A DNA stretch of 64,000 bases. Origin: an uncultured Gammaproteobacteria bacterium (GTDB lineage: Bacteria > Pseudomonadota > Gammaproteobacteria > Pseudomonadales > Azotimanducaceae). Each line of letters begins with the position of its first letter. The first letter of the stretch is position 1. Under the pieces are notes generated by a model. It saw only the letters and a program-made list of their open reading frames with translations, did not search any database and was not told the origin of the DNA. Below, in pieces: positions 1 to 8,004 of this stretch. The stretch lies in assembly GCA_963822125.1 (NCBI GenBank), contig CAWGGQ010000017.1, forward strand, positions 14,357-78,356. Direction: 5' to 3'. Both the position numbers and the translations under genes were made by a program.

Positions 1-536
1 GGGGATTGCCAGAACCTAGGTGAAGTCATTGTTGGCGCTAATCGCTCGGCGTTTGAAGGGCGGGTCCCGGAACAGTGTCTATCGGAGTTGCCCGTCTCGA
101 CGAGTGTCGCGAACTGGCGGCGCGCCTTTGACGCCGGCGCGTTTGATTCGGGCGATCAAGTTCTGCTGTGTCGGCGGAGGTCGATCTCGATGGGGTCGTG
201 GCATTCGTTCTCGCGGGCGGTTACACGTCAGGCATATTTCGCGATCGATCCATTTCAGACGCGTTCCCGAGGGAGATCGTGAGTTTGCATGTCACCCCGA
301 GCTGGCAGAACCGTGGTGTCGGTCGTAGCCTCATCGGAGCCGCCGCCGATTGGCTCATTGCGCGCCACCAGAAGGCGTTAGCCGTGCGGGTGTTGGAACC
401 GAATCCGAATCGAGCGTTCTACGCAAGGCTCGGTGCTCAGGAACTTGGTTCGCAACCCTACGACTGGGCGGGGTTTGCGACACGCGAGGTAATCTATGGT
501 TGGCCAGACGTCAGCCGTGTTCGAAGCGCAGCCTAA
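1..536 (+). pseudogene. GNAT family N-acetyltransferase cassette gene; 5' end off-window; one frame change near 166-172
   Basis: Frame 1 is open from base 1 (..VANWRRAFDAGAFDSGDQVLL). It continues in frame 0 as SAEVDLDGVVAFVLAGG..VTPSWQNRGVGRSLI (acetyl-CoA Q/RxxGxG/A motif). The TAA stop lies inside GCCTAAC of the next attC. Confidence 0.7.
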
Positions 537-617
537 CCACTGCATGCAGCCGACGCCCCAGACAGTCACCAAATTTGTATACGCGAATCTGCGTCGATGC
601 GGTACTGGCGGTTAGCT
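531..617 (+). repeat. attC site, family A, diverged 3' half
   Basis: GCCTAAC at 531-537 and GTTAGCT at 611-617. The left arm CCACTGCATGCAGCCGACGCCCCAG is shared with the sites at 3210 and 3792. Confidence 0.75.
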
Positions 618-833
618 GGGTCCATATTGATCGGTGGTGCACTCTTGCTTGTGTGCACGTGGATCATTCGAATCGAAGACGACCGGGGCGCTTCGCACGA
701 AGTCAGAGTGCCGCAGCCGGATGTTCCGATTCCAAGACGAGCTATCGTCTTGCGCGCCGAATCGACCGCAACGATTCCAGATCTGCATCGCGTGTCAGCG
801 AGTTCCGCTGATCTAGCACGCACTCCGATCTAA
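597..833 (+). CDS. Possible small membrane protein (78 aa), first ORF of a two-ORF cassette
   Basis: ORF-track entry with one hydrophobic helix (LAGSILIGGALLLVCTWII). The start lies inside the preceding attC, and I recognise no homology. Confidence 0.25.
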   Translation: MRYWRLAGSILIGGALLLVCTWIIRIEDDRGASHEVRVPQPDVPIPRRAIVLRAESTATIPDLHRVSASSADLARTPI

Positions 834-886
834 AGGCGAAATTCGATGCGCACATCGGCCGTGCTGAAAGCGGTGATGCAACAAGC

Positions 887-1543
887 ATGCTGACGATCGC
901 TGAGATAACTGAGACCTGTGGGCCTGTAGGACGGTATGAAAATTGGAATCAACGCATGGAAACGCCCGGTCAGTTGGCGGAATGGGAGCGGAATTTCACC
1001 CCGGATGAACTGGATGTCGCGAAGGCGTGGTTCGACCGTCTCGCTACCGAATGTCGCGGCGTCAACGAGCATGTGCCGACGGGTCAGCTAGCGCACCTGG
1101 TGTTGTACTGGTATGAGAAAGCGGCGGCGGCGGGCAATCCGATCGCGCAGCTACACATGCTTTATCTCAATCCGCCCAGCGAAGAAAACCGCAGATCGAT
1201 GGCTGTCCTCCTCAACGGCGCGATCACGGGCCAGACCATCGGTACGGCGCAACTCGCGGGTTCTTCCGACTATCGGTTGTACGACTTGGCACTCGGTTTC
1301 TTTTACAAGTACCCCGCCAAGGGCCCGGACTCGAGCGACGTCGTGAGAGAGACTTGGGGCTATCTAGCGTGCCTACATAACAAAGAATGTAACGCGAGTG
1401 AGAGACGTGACTACTTCGATACGCAGTACTCGCCTGCAGATGCCACGGCAATCCTTGAAGCTGCTGAGCTGCTGGAGCGTGGGGGCACGAAGAACGTGGA
1501 TTTTCTTACCACGTCTGCCTTTGAGGCTCACGAAGAGGAATAG
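887..1543 (+). CDS. Hypothetical protein, cassette-encoded (218 aa)
   Basis: Longest plus-strand ORF in the 617-1688 cassette, with coding-like composition. No family recognised. Confidence 0.6.
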   Translation: MLTIAEITETCGPVGRYENWNQRMETPGQLAEWERNFTPDELDVAKAWFDRLATECRGVNEHVPTGQLAHLVLYWYEKAAAAGNPIAQLHMLYLNPPSEENRRSMAVLLNGAITGQTIGTAQLAGSSDYRLYDLALGFFYKYPAKGPDSSDVVRETWGYLACLHNKECNASERRDYFDTQYSPADATAILEAAELLERGGTKNVDFLTTSAFEAHEEE

Positions 1544-1687
1544 CGAGCTAGGTAGTAAATCACGCCAATCCCATTTGGAGGCAGCGGCCCGCGAGGTTGA
1601 AGCGAGATATGGTTTGGGTAGACCACTCTCGACATGGCAAATTTGGTGCGATGTTCGTCATTGCGAAATCGATCCGTTGGTGGCGCT

Positions 1688-1786
1688 ACCTAACCGCTGC
1701 ATGCGGCCGACGCCACAGCCAGTCATCAAGTCTGCATCCGCAAATTTGCCGCCTGTCTGGCGCGCGGCTGATGCTGGCTGTTAGGC
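1688..1786 (+). repeat. attC site, family A
   Basis: ACCTAAC at 1688-1694 and GTTAGGC at 1780-1786. The arms CCTAACCGCTGCATGCGGCCG and CGGCTGATGCTGGCTGTTAGG are imperfect reverse complements with unpaired bases. Confidence 0.85.
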
Positions 1787-1843
1787 GGCACTGATGGACC
1801 AGAGGCGAGCCAAGGTATGAACATTCTGAGGGGACCTAAGGTG

Positions 1844-2257
1844 ATGAACATTCGTGCTTGGTTGGCGTTGGTCGTTGTTCTATCAATCCCATCTCTCGTC
1901 ACGGCCGATGAAGGCAAGGAGACGGCTGCGAAGCAGTCTGCACTTGAGTGGCTGGCCCTAGTAGATCGGGGCGAATATGAGGCTTCTTGGAAAGCAGCCG
2001 CAACCTTCTTCAGATCGCAGATCGATTCCGCCAAATGGAAGAGTGCCGTCGCGTCAGTGAGACGACCTTTAGGCGCGGTCGAGGAGCGCCACTTTCAATC
2101 GGCGCGGTACACGCGAGAATTGCCTGGCGCACCCGATGGCGAGTATGTCGTTCTGCAATTCCAAACCAGATTCGCCAACAAAGCCGCCGCGATTGAAACC
2201 GTGACGCCCGCGATGGATGGTGGAACATGGAAAGTGACCGGCTACTTCATTCGATGA
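1844..2257 (+). CDS. DUF4019 domain-containing secreted protein
   Basis: Signal-peptide-like N-terminus (MNIRAWLALVVVLSIPSLVTA). WLALVDRGEYEASW..LPGAPDGEYVVLQFQTRFANKAAAIETVTP..WKVTGYFI matches my memory of DUF4019 proteins. Confidence 0.8.
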   Translation: MNIRAWLALVVVLSIPSLVTADEGKETAAKQSALEWLALVDRGEYEASWKAAATFFRSQIDSAKWKSAVASVRRPLGAVEERHFQSARYTRELPGAPDGEYVVLQFQTRFANKAAAIETVTPAMDGGTWKVTGYFIR

Positions 2258-2274
2258 TCGCAAGATCGAGTCGG

Positions 2275-2344
2275 GTGCACCACTGCATGCAGCGGAGGCC
2301 TCATTCACTATGAAAACTGGCGCGCGCGTTCTCCTGCGTTGGGA
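2275..2344 (+). repeat. Degenerate, shortened attC-like site
   Basis: Retains CCACTGCATGCAGCGG and CTGGCGCGCGCG blocks of family A and ends GTTGGGA at 2338-2344. The inverse core is mutated (GTGCACC) and the site is about 30 nt shorter. Confidence 0.4.
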
Positions 2345-2365
2345 TTGCTTGGACTTGGCTAGACC

Positions 2366-2581
2366 GTGGGTTACGCGCAGCGACCGGAGCCGGAGTTCGT
2401 CATCCAGATCAACGCGCCCGAGGGGCGCACCACCGTTGAGTGCATTTCGGGTTGCGAGCTGATGGGAATGAACGATCTGCCCAATCCAGTAGCCGGTCCT
2501 TCAAAGACCTATGTGTACGGCTGCACTGGCTCGGCGTCGCGCCGCTGTACGGGCCGCGCTGCCGGCTGGCTGGCGCAGTAG
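2366..2581 (+). CDS. Hypothetical small protein, cassette-encoded (71 aa, GTG start)
   Basis: Only plus-strand ORF filling the 2345-2622 cassette. No family recognised. Confidence 0.4.
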   Translation: MGYAQRPEPEFVIQINAPEGRTTVECISGCELMGMNDLPNPVAGPSKTYVYGCTGSASRRCTGRAAGWLAQ

Positions 2582-2622
2582 CATAGCCGTCGTATCAACA
2601 AGCGGGAGCGTTGCAACATGCC

Positions 2623-2702
2623 GCATAACAAAAGTGCGTCCAGCAAATTGCATGCGCAAATCTGTCGCCTGTCTGGCGCGCGGATGATGCTGGCTGTTAG
2701 GC
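2623..2702 (+). repeat. attC site, family A, short left arm
   Basis: GCATAAC at 2623-2629 and GTTAGGC at 2696-2702. The right arm CGCCTGTCTGGCGCGCGGATGATGCTGGCTGTTAGGC is near-identical to the site at 1688-1786. Confidence 0.7.
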
Positions 2703-3209
2703 GGCGCCGAGCTGTCGGCGCTGCAATCCGAGACGAAGAAATCGCCGCGCTGCACGCGGCTAGCCGGCGGACCAACTATGGGCGCAGCGACGAAGACCTG
2801 CCGGCGATGTCTGGCGCGATAGGGTCGCGCTCTGGACGCAGAGGCTTCGGCGGCCACACCTGAACGGATACGTTATCGTCGTCCCGAAGGCTCGAAGTCA
2901 TCGGCTTTCGCTTGCGAGGAAATTTGAACGACGATCTGAGATGGGCTCCCTCTAGAGCAATATCCACTAGGTCAGCGCTGACGAAGAGGAGTAGGAACGA
3001 GGCTCTCTGCATGCCGTGGCGTACGACTGCAGCACCTCGCTCCCCGGATCGGGCCTCGATCGTTGGCTCTGCAGAGCATGTTTGAGCCAGAAGTTCCACT
3101 ACTCCCATGGCGCAGGGAACGGGACAACGATGTGTGGGATGCACGCAGGTGGTGACGCAAGTACTGAGGTTCCATATCTGTATGGCAAGCAGGTCGGTCG
3201 CCGATCGGC

Positions 3210-3307
3210 GCCTAACCACTGCATGCAGCCGACCCACCAGCCAGTCATCAAATTCGCAAACGCAAATCTGTGGCCTCCTGGTGCGCGGCTGATGCGGGCT
3301 GTTCAGG
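3210..3307 (+). repeat. attC site, family A
   Basis: GCCTAAC at 3210-3216 and core variant GTTCAGG at 3301-3307. Shares the CCACTGCATGCAGCCGAC, CCAGTCATCAAAT and GCGCGGCTGATGCGGGCTGTT blocks. Confidence 0.8.
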
Positions 3308-3368
3308 CGCCAGTGATCCGCGCGCCTCCGTCGAAACTGGCCAGGATGTACCTTTGGAGTTCATTCTC

Positions 3369-3769
3369 ATGCTACGAGGAAGTTGTTTGTGCGGAGCCGT
3401 TGGTTATGAGATCGAAGGCTGTTCGCGCACGTCGGGAACTCCACTGCTCGATGTGCGAAAGTCTCATGGTGCTGCATTCGCAACCTGGGAATCCTCGATC
3501 CACAACAGTTTCGGTGGACTTCAGGTGAGTCGATGGTGCGCGCCTATGAATCATCTCCCGGACGACAGCGTCTCTTCTGTGGCAATTGCGGTTCGCCACT
3601 TGCTAGTGCACACGGCGGCGTCGTCGGAGAAGTGGTAGTTGGCACGCTGGACGATGACCCCGGCGCACGTCCTGCGGAGCACATCTTTGTCGACTCCAAG
3701 GCCTCTTGGCATCAGATCACTGATACGCTCCCGCAGCACCCGAGTTGGCCTCCAGGCTTCGCGCCATGA
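3369..3769 (+). pseudogene. GFA family (CENP-V/GFA, glutathione-dependent formaldehyde-activating-like) cassette gene with at least 3 frame changes
   Basis: MLRGSCLCGAVGYEIEG is in frame 0 and HCSMC in frame 1. RKSHGAAFATW returns to frame 0, and YESSPGRQRLFCGNCGSPL..GTLDDDPGARPAEHIFVDSKASWHQITDTLPQ is in frame 2. All Cys motifs of the GFA fold are present but split across frames. Confidence 0.8.
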
Positions 3770-3791
3770 AACGTCGGCTCCGTCGTGCTGG

Positions 3792-3891
3792 CGCCTCGCC
3801 ACTGCATGCAGGCGACGCCCCAGCCAGTCATCAAATTTGCATTCGCAAAATAGTCGCCTGTCTGGCGCGCGGCTGATGCGGGCTGTTAGGC
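3792..3891 (+). repeat. attC site, family A, mutated inverse core
   Basis: GCCTCGC at 3792-3798 replaces GCCTAAC; GTTAGGC at 3885-3891. The internal sequence is near-identical to the site at 3210-3307. Confidence 0.8.
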
Positions 3892-3938
3892 CCGCACGAA
3901 GCCGCCCACCGCACAACCCCCCACATTCGGAGCCCTGC

Positions 3939-4400
3939 ATGTCATCCGTAAGACGCATTCAGTTTACTGCCACGATCACGCGCCAGTGCCTACGGTTTGG
4001 CGCCTCATGATCGGTCCTGAGAGCTACAAGCGCTGGGCCTCTGCTTTCACGGAGGGCTCGTTACTTTGAAGGCTCGTGGGAGCAGGGAGCGAAGATCAAG
4101 TTTCTCTCCCCGCCTTCCGGAGATGGCATGGTCGCGGAGATCGTGCAGAACCGGAAGAATGAGTTCATCTCTATCCGACACCTGGGCTACATCTCCAATG
4201 GAGTCGAGGACACGACAAGCGAATCCGTTCGCGCCTGGGCGCCCGCCTACGAGAACTACACGTTCATCAGCGTTCCCGAGGCCACGAAGTTGGTAATCGA
4301 ACTGGAGGTACCCAGCGAGTGGGAGCAGGACATGAATGAGGCTTGGCCAAAGGCGCTGGCCCTGCTCAAGCAGTTGATCGAGGCCGAGAGTGCGGCCTAA
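3939..4400 (+). pseudogene. SRPBCC (AHSA1/YndB-like) family cassette gene with two frame changes
   Basis: MSSVRRIQFTATI (frame 0) is followed by APVPTVWRLMIGPESYKRWASAFTEGS (frame 2). Frame 0 then resumes as FEGSWEQGAKIKFLSPPSGDGMVAEIVQNRKNEFISIRHLGYISNGVED... The TAA stop lies inside GCCTAAT of the attC. Confidence 0.7.
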
Positions 4401-4510
4401 TCCTCGCTCGAGCCGACCCGCTACGGTAGGTAGTGTCTGACCGCTTCACGGCGCTGTTCCGCGTCCAGCCAATGCCTGCCCCCGCGGGCGGCTCAGCTCA
4501 AACGTTAGAC
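4394..4510 (+). repeat. attC site, family B
   Basis: GCCTAAT at 4394-4400 and GTTAGAC at 4504-4510. Shares CTCGAGC(C/G)GACC(C/G)GC..TACG and GCT(C/T)AGCT..CGTTAGAC with the site at 5747-5833 but not with family A. Confidence 0.7.
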
Positions 4511-4718
4511 GCGCAAGCTACTTTACGGTCATCTCCGAGAGAGATTACGAGGCACCGGCGGCGATGCAGACGTTGCACGGCATGATGTACCAGTGGCGGC
4601 CAACCAACGACGGCGATATGCACATCACAACTCACCCTAACTCCTTTTGGAGTGATCCCTCCCGAGATGACGGGCGCGCGCTTTCGGATGGATCGCCGAA
4701 TTTGTCGAGGACACCAGC

Positions 4719-5255
4719 ATGTCGAGAATCGTAATCACAGGCGGCCCGGGTGCAGGGAAGACCACGCTCCTGTTGGCGCTTCAGACTCGTGGCTTCACGG
4801 TCGTCGGCGATAGCCCGCGTACCATTATCCAAGACCGCCTTAGACGCGGTCTGAGTCCACGACCGAGCCCTCATGACTTCGCGCGAGAAACGCTGCGCAT
4901 GGATATCCAGAACTTTGAGCAGCACGCCGCGACTTCGGGGTACGTGTTCTTCGAGCGAGGTGTTCTCGATGCGCTTTGCGGACTCGATCTGGCGACGCCC
5001 CTAAGCGAGAGCGAGTTGAGGGCCTGGCTAACGAAGTACCAATATCATTCCAAGGTGTTCGTCTTGCCGGCGTGGAGCGCGATCTACGTGAACGATGCTG
5101 AACGCGACCACACGTTCGAACACGCTGAGACAGTCAATCGGATTACCCAGGATTGGTATCGTCGATGCGGGTATCAGGTCATCGAGGTACCCATGATTTC
5201 AGTTCCAGAGCGGTGTACCTATGTGCTGGATACCTTGGCAAACAGCGATGCCTAA
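4719..5255 (+). CDS. P-loop AAA-type ATPase (178 aa), cassette-encoded
   Basis: Walker A GGPGAGKTT near the N-terminus; intact ORF. The TAA stop lies inside GCCTAAC of the attC. Confidence 0.8.
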   Translation: MSRIVITGGPGAGKTTLLLALQTRGFTVVGDSPRTIIQDRLRRGLSPRPSPHDFARETLRMDIQNFEQHAATSGYVFFERGVLDALCGLDLATPLSESELRAWLTKYQYHSKVFVLPAWSAIYVNDAERDHTFEHAETVNRITQDWYRRCGYQVIEVPMISVPERCTYVLDTLANSDA

Positions 5256-5340
5256 CCACACCATGCTTCAGCCAGTCATCAAGCTTGCATACGCAAATTG
5301 GTCGGCCTGTCTGGCGCGCGCTGATACTGCGCTGTTAGGC
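5250..5340 (+). repeat. attC site, family A
   Basis: GCCTAAC at 5250-5256 and GTTAGGC at 5334-5340, with CCAGTCATCAAGCTTGCA and CCTGTCTGGCGCGCGCTGATACTGCGCTGTTAGGC blocks. Confidence 0.85.
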
Positions 5341-5365
5341 GGCGAGATCACCCAGAGGAGGCAAC

Positions 5366-5752
5366 GTGAAACGTATTGTCGCTACCAAAAGCGCCGCAGC
5401 TATGTACAACCCTGTGTCCCAGGCGACACTCGCTCCAAATGGAATGTTATACACAGCCGGGATGATTGGACGGTCACCGGAAACGGGTCAGATGCTGGCA
5501 ACGTTTGACGATCAGGCGCACCAAGCCTTGCGAAATCTGGGCGCACTTCTGCGCGAAGCGGGTGGCAGCTACTCCGATGTAATGTTCGTGCAGCTCTACC
5601 TCCTCGACATGGAAAGGATTGAGCAGTTCAACGCAATCTTCCGGCAGTACTTCGAGGCTGAACCGCCAGCACGCGCCGTATGCCAACCACTGAAGCTCTA
5701 TCCCGGCGCATTGGTCATGTTTACGGCCGTTGCGTGCGTCGGCGGGACCTAA
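5366..5752 (+). CDS. RidA/YjgF/UK114 family protein, cassette-encoded
   Basis: YNPVSQATLAPNGMLYTAGMIGRSPETGQM is typical of RidA N-terminal regions. GTG start; the TAA stop lies inside ACCTAAC of the attC. Confidence 0.85.
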   Translation: MKRIVATKSAAAMYNPVSQATLAPNGMLYTAGMIGRSPETGQMLATFDDQAHQALRNLGALLREAGGSYSDVMFVQLYLLDMERIEQFNAIFRQYFEAEPPARAVCQPLKLYPGALVMFTAVACVGGT

Positions 5753-5833
5753 CCGGGCCCTCGAGCGGACCGGCCTACGTGTTTGACTCTCGTCGCCTAC
5801 AGCGCGGCCGGCCGCTTAGCTAGCTCGTTAGAC
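5747..5833 (+). repeat. attC site, family B; last recognisable attC
   Basis: ACCTAAC at 5747-5753 and GTTAGAC at 5827-5833. Similar to the site at 4394-4510. Confidence 0.7.
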
Positions 5834-5907
5834 GGCACGTCTGGCTTTCTTATACAGTCTCGCTGGGCGCCACTGCCCTGACTGAGACAAAACGAAAGAG
5901 GGCAAGC

Positions 5908-6408
5908 GTGAACTGGGAAGCAATCGGAGCAGTCGCTGAGTTGCTGGGTTCGCTGGCGGTGTTTCTCACGCTCATCTATCTGGCGGTTGAGGTGCGCCAT
6001 GCCCGGCAGGATGTGCGTCGATCCGTGCGACAGAGCCGAGCGGAGGTTTCTCGAGAGAGGCTTCTCATCCGGGCGACTCATCAACGGCTGAACGAGTTGA
6101 TGGTGCAAGCGCAAGACGCGTTTGGAGACGATGTCCGGTCCAATCCATTCGTGGCAGCTTTGGTCGAGAAGGCGAACCTCAGCCCGTCTGACGCCTACGC
6201 CGTGTTCATGGAACTCAACGCAGAGTGGCAGTACAGAGTCCAGGTCGTTTCCAACATCGAAGAGCTTTCGGAAGGCGAACGGCTCGAATTCGACAACACG
6301 GTTCGAGCAATGTATGGAAAGCGGGCGCTGACGAAGACCTGGTATGAAACCCACGGAAAAAACCTGAATCCCGAGGTCGTTGCATACGTTGATCGCCTTC
6401 TCCAATAG
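5908..6408 (+). CDS. Hypothetical protein with N-terminal transmembrane helix (166 aa)
   Basis: GTG start 75 nt after the last attC core. Hydrophobic AELLGSLAVFLTLIYLAV. No attC found in the 185 nt downstream. Confidence 0.6.
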   Translation: MNWEAIGAVAELLGSLAVFLTLIYLAVEVRHARQDVRRSVRQSRAEVSRERLLIRATHQRLNELMVQAQDAFGDDVRSNPFVAALVEKANLSPSDAYAVFMELNAEWQYRVQVVSNIEELSEGERLEFDNTVRAMYGKRALTKTWYETHGKNLNPEVVAYVDRLLQ

Positions 6409-6592
6409 CGGAACATGGCGCCGATCGTGAGTTCTCTGATTCCGATGCAGGCATGAATGGCGTGGGTTCGACGAACTCCATATCCGTTCTTCGCGCTCAC
6501 CCACTATCCCAATCGTCTCGAATGACATTCGGGCTACGCGCTTTGCCGCCGCTGGGCTAACCTCGTCAGCCAGACGGAAGCGGTGGAGCACG

Positions 6593-7990
6593 ATGAACGC
6601 GAAGAAGAAGACCATTGGACCTCGATCCTGGACGTTTGCGTTGCTGCTGCTCGCGCTGTGCCAGGTGGTACCGGTGCAACGAGCGCAGGGTGCGACAGCC
6701 TCGGCCACTCCGGCCGGCGGCGCGGTGACGCTGTTCCAGAACGTGCGGATCTTCGACGGCAAGAGCAGCGCCCTTTCCGCGCCGAGCAATGTGCTGGTGC
6801 GCGGGAACACGATCGAGCGCATCGCTACCGGACCGATTCCGGCCGATGCGGGCGCTACCACCGTCGTCATCGACGGCGGCGGACGCACGTTGATGCCCGG
6901 ACTGATCGACGCGCACTGGCACGCAATGATGGTGCGTCCGTCGCCGGCGCTGCTGCTCACCGCTGACATCGGTTACCTCAACTTGCTCGCCAGCGCCGAG
7001 GCTACCGACACGCTGATGCGCGGATTCACCACCGTTCGGGACATGGGCGGGCCGACGTTCGGCCTCAAGCGCGCCATCGACGAAGGGATAGTGGTGGGAC
7101 CGCGCATCTACCCGTCCGGCGCGATCATCAGCGTCACCGGCGGCCACGGCGATTTCCGCCAGCCGTTCGAATTGCCGCGCACGCTGGGTGCTCCGCAGTC
7201 CGCAGGGGAGCAACTCGGTGCGGCGATGATCGCTGACAGTCCCGATGAGGTGCGCGTGCGTGTGCGCGAGCAGCTCATGATGGGCGCGTCGCAGATCAAG
7301 CTGACGGCGGGTGGCGGCGTGGCGTCGCCGCATAGTCCGCTCGACGTGGCCACCTTCACCGCGGAAGAACTTCGCGCCGCCGTTGAAGCGGCCGAGAACT
7401 GGGGAACGTATGTCACGGTGCATGCCTATACGCCCATATCGATCCAGCGGGCAATCGCCGCCGGTGTGAAGTGCATCGAACACGGTCATCTGATGGATGA
7501 GCAGACGGCGAAGTTGATCGCCGAGAAAGGCATCTGGCTAAGCACTCAAGCGTTCCCCGACGAATTGGGCGACGCGTTTCCGCCGGGCTCGTCGGAGCGG
7601 GAGAAGGCGATGGAAGTGTTCGCCGGCACGGACAAAACCCTTGCGCTCGCGAAGAAGTACAAGATCAAGACGGCCTTCGGCACCGACATCCTGTTCTCTC
7701 CCGCGCTGGCGCAGATACACGGCGCGCTGCTGACCAAGTGGGTGAAGTGGTACACGCCTGCCGAAACGCTGGCGATGGCCACGGGGACCAATGCGGAACT
7801 GCTGGCGTTGTCGGGCAATCGCAATCCCTACCCGGGCAAACTCGGCGTGATCGCGGAGGGCGCGCTCGCCGATCTGCTGCTCGTCGATGGCGATCCCATC
7901 GCGAACATCAGGCTGATCGAAAATCCCGAACAGAACCTGCTCGTCATCATGAAGGACGGCAGGGTCTACAAGAACACGCTGCCTCACTGA
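6593..7990 (+). CDS. Amidohydrolase family metallo-hydrolase, secreted (465 aa)
   Basis: Signal-like N-terminus. Contains LMPGLIDAHWH (HxH metal motif) and a conserved C-terminal GTD..ADLLLVDGDP. Confidence 0.85.
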   Translation: MNAKKKTIGPRSWTFALLLLALCQVVPVQRAQGATASATPAGGAVTLFQNVRIFDGKSSALSAPSNVLVRGNTIERIATGPIPADAGATTVVIDGGGRTLMPGLIDAHWHAMMVRPSPALLLTADIGYLNLLASAEATDTLMRGFTTVRDMGGPTFGLKRAIDEGIVVGPRIYPSGAIISVTGGHGDFRQPFELPRTLGAPQSAGEQLGAAMIADSPDEVRVRVREQLMMGASQIKLTAGGGVASPHSPLDVATFTAEELRAAVEAAENWGTYVTVHAYTPISIQRAIAAGVKCIEHGHLMDEQTAKLIAEKGIWLSTQAFPDELGDAFPPGSSEREKAMEVFAGTDKTLALAKKYKIKTAFGTDILFSPALAQIHGALLTKWVKWYTPAETLAMATGTNAELLALSGNRNPYPGKLGVIAEGALADLLLVDGDPIANIRLIENPEQNLLVIMKDGRVYKNTLPH

Positions 7991-8004
7991 GGCCGGACCG
8001 ACTC

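Larger units (their letters stand above)
1..5833 (+). mobile_element. Integron-type gene cassette array; no integrase in window (distal part of a chromosomal integron, or CALIN)
   Basis: Nine imperfect inverted-repeat elements start with RYYYAAC-like GCCTAAC/ACCTAAC and end with GTTRRRY-like GTTAGGC/GTTAGAC. Each follows one short plus-strand ORF, spaced about 360-1170 bp. No tyrosine recombinase ORF in any frame of the window. Confidence 0.85.

Noticed and set aside
531-5833. The roughly 100-nt repeats as a CRISPR array, or as generic REP/MITE elements
   Set aside because: The repeats are far longer than CRISPR repeats and are imperfect palindromes. They are separated by 360-1170 bp that contain ORFs. 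They carry RYYYAAC/GTTRRRY boxes and occur strictly one per ORF on one strand, which fits attC rather than a MITE or REP.
6409-6592. A tenth attC after ORF 5908-6408 (GGCTAAC at 6554-6560)
   Set aside because: No matching GTTRRRY or complementary arm lies downstream, and there is no similarity to family A or B. I therefore place the array boundary at or just after 5833.
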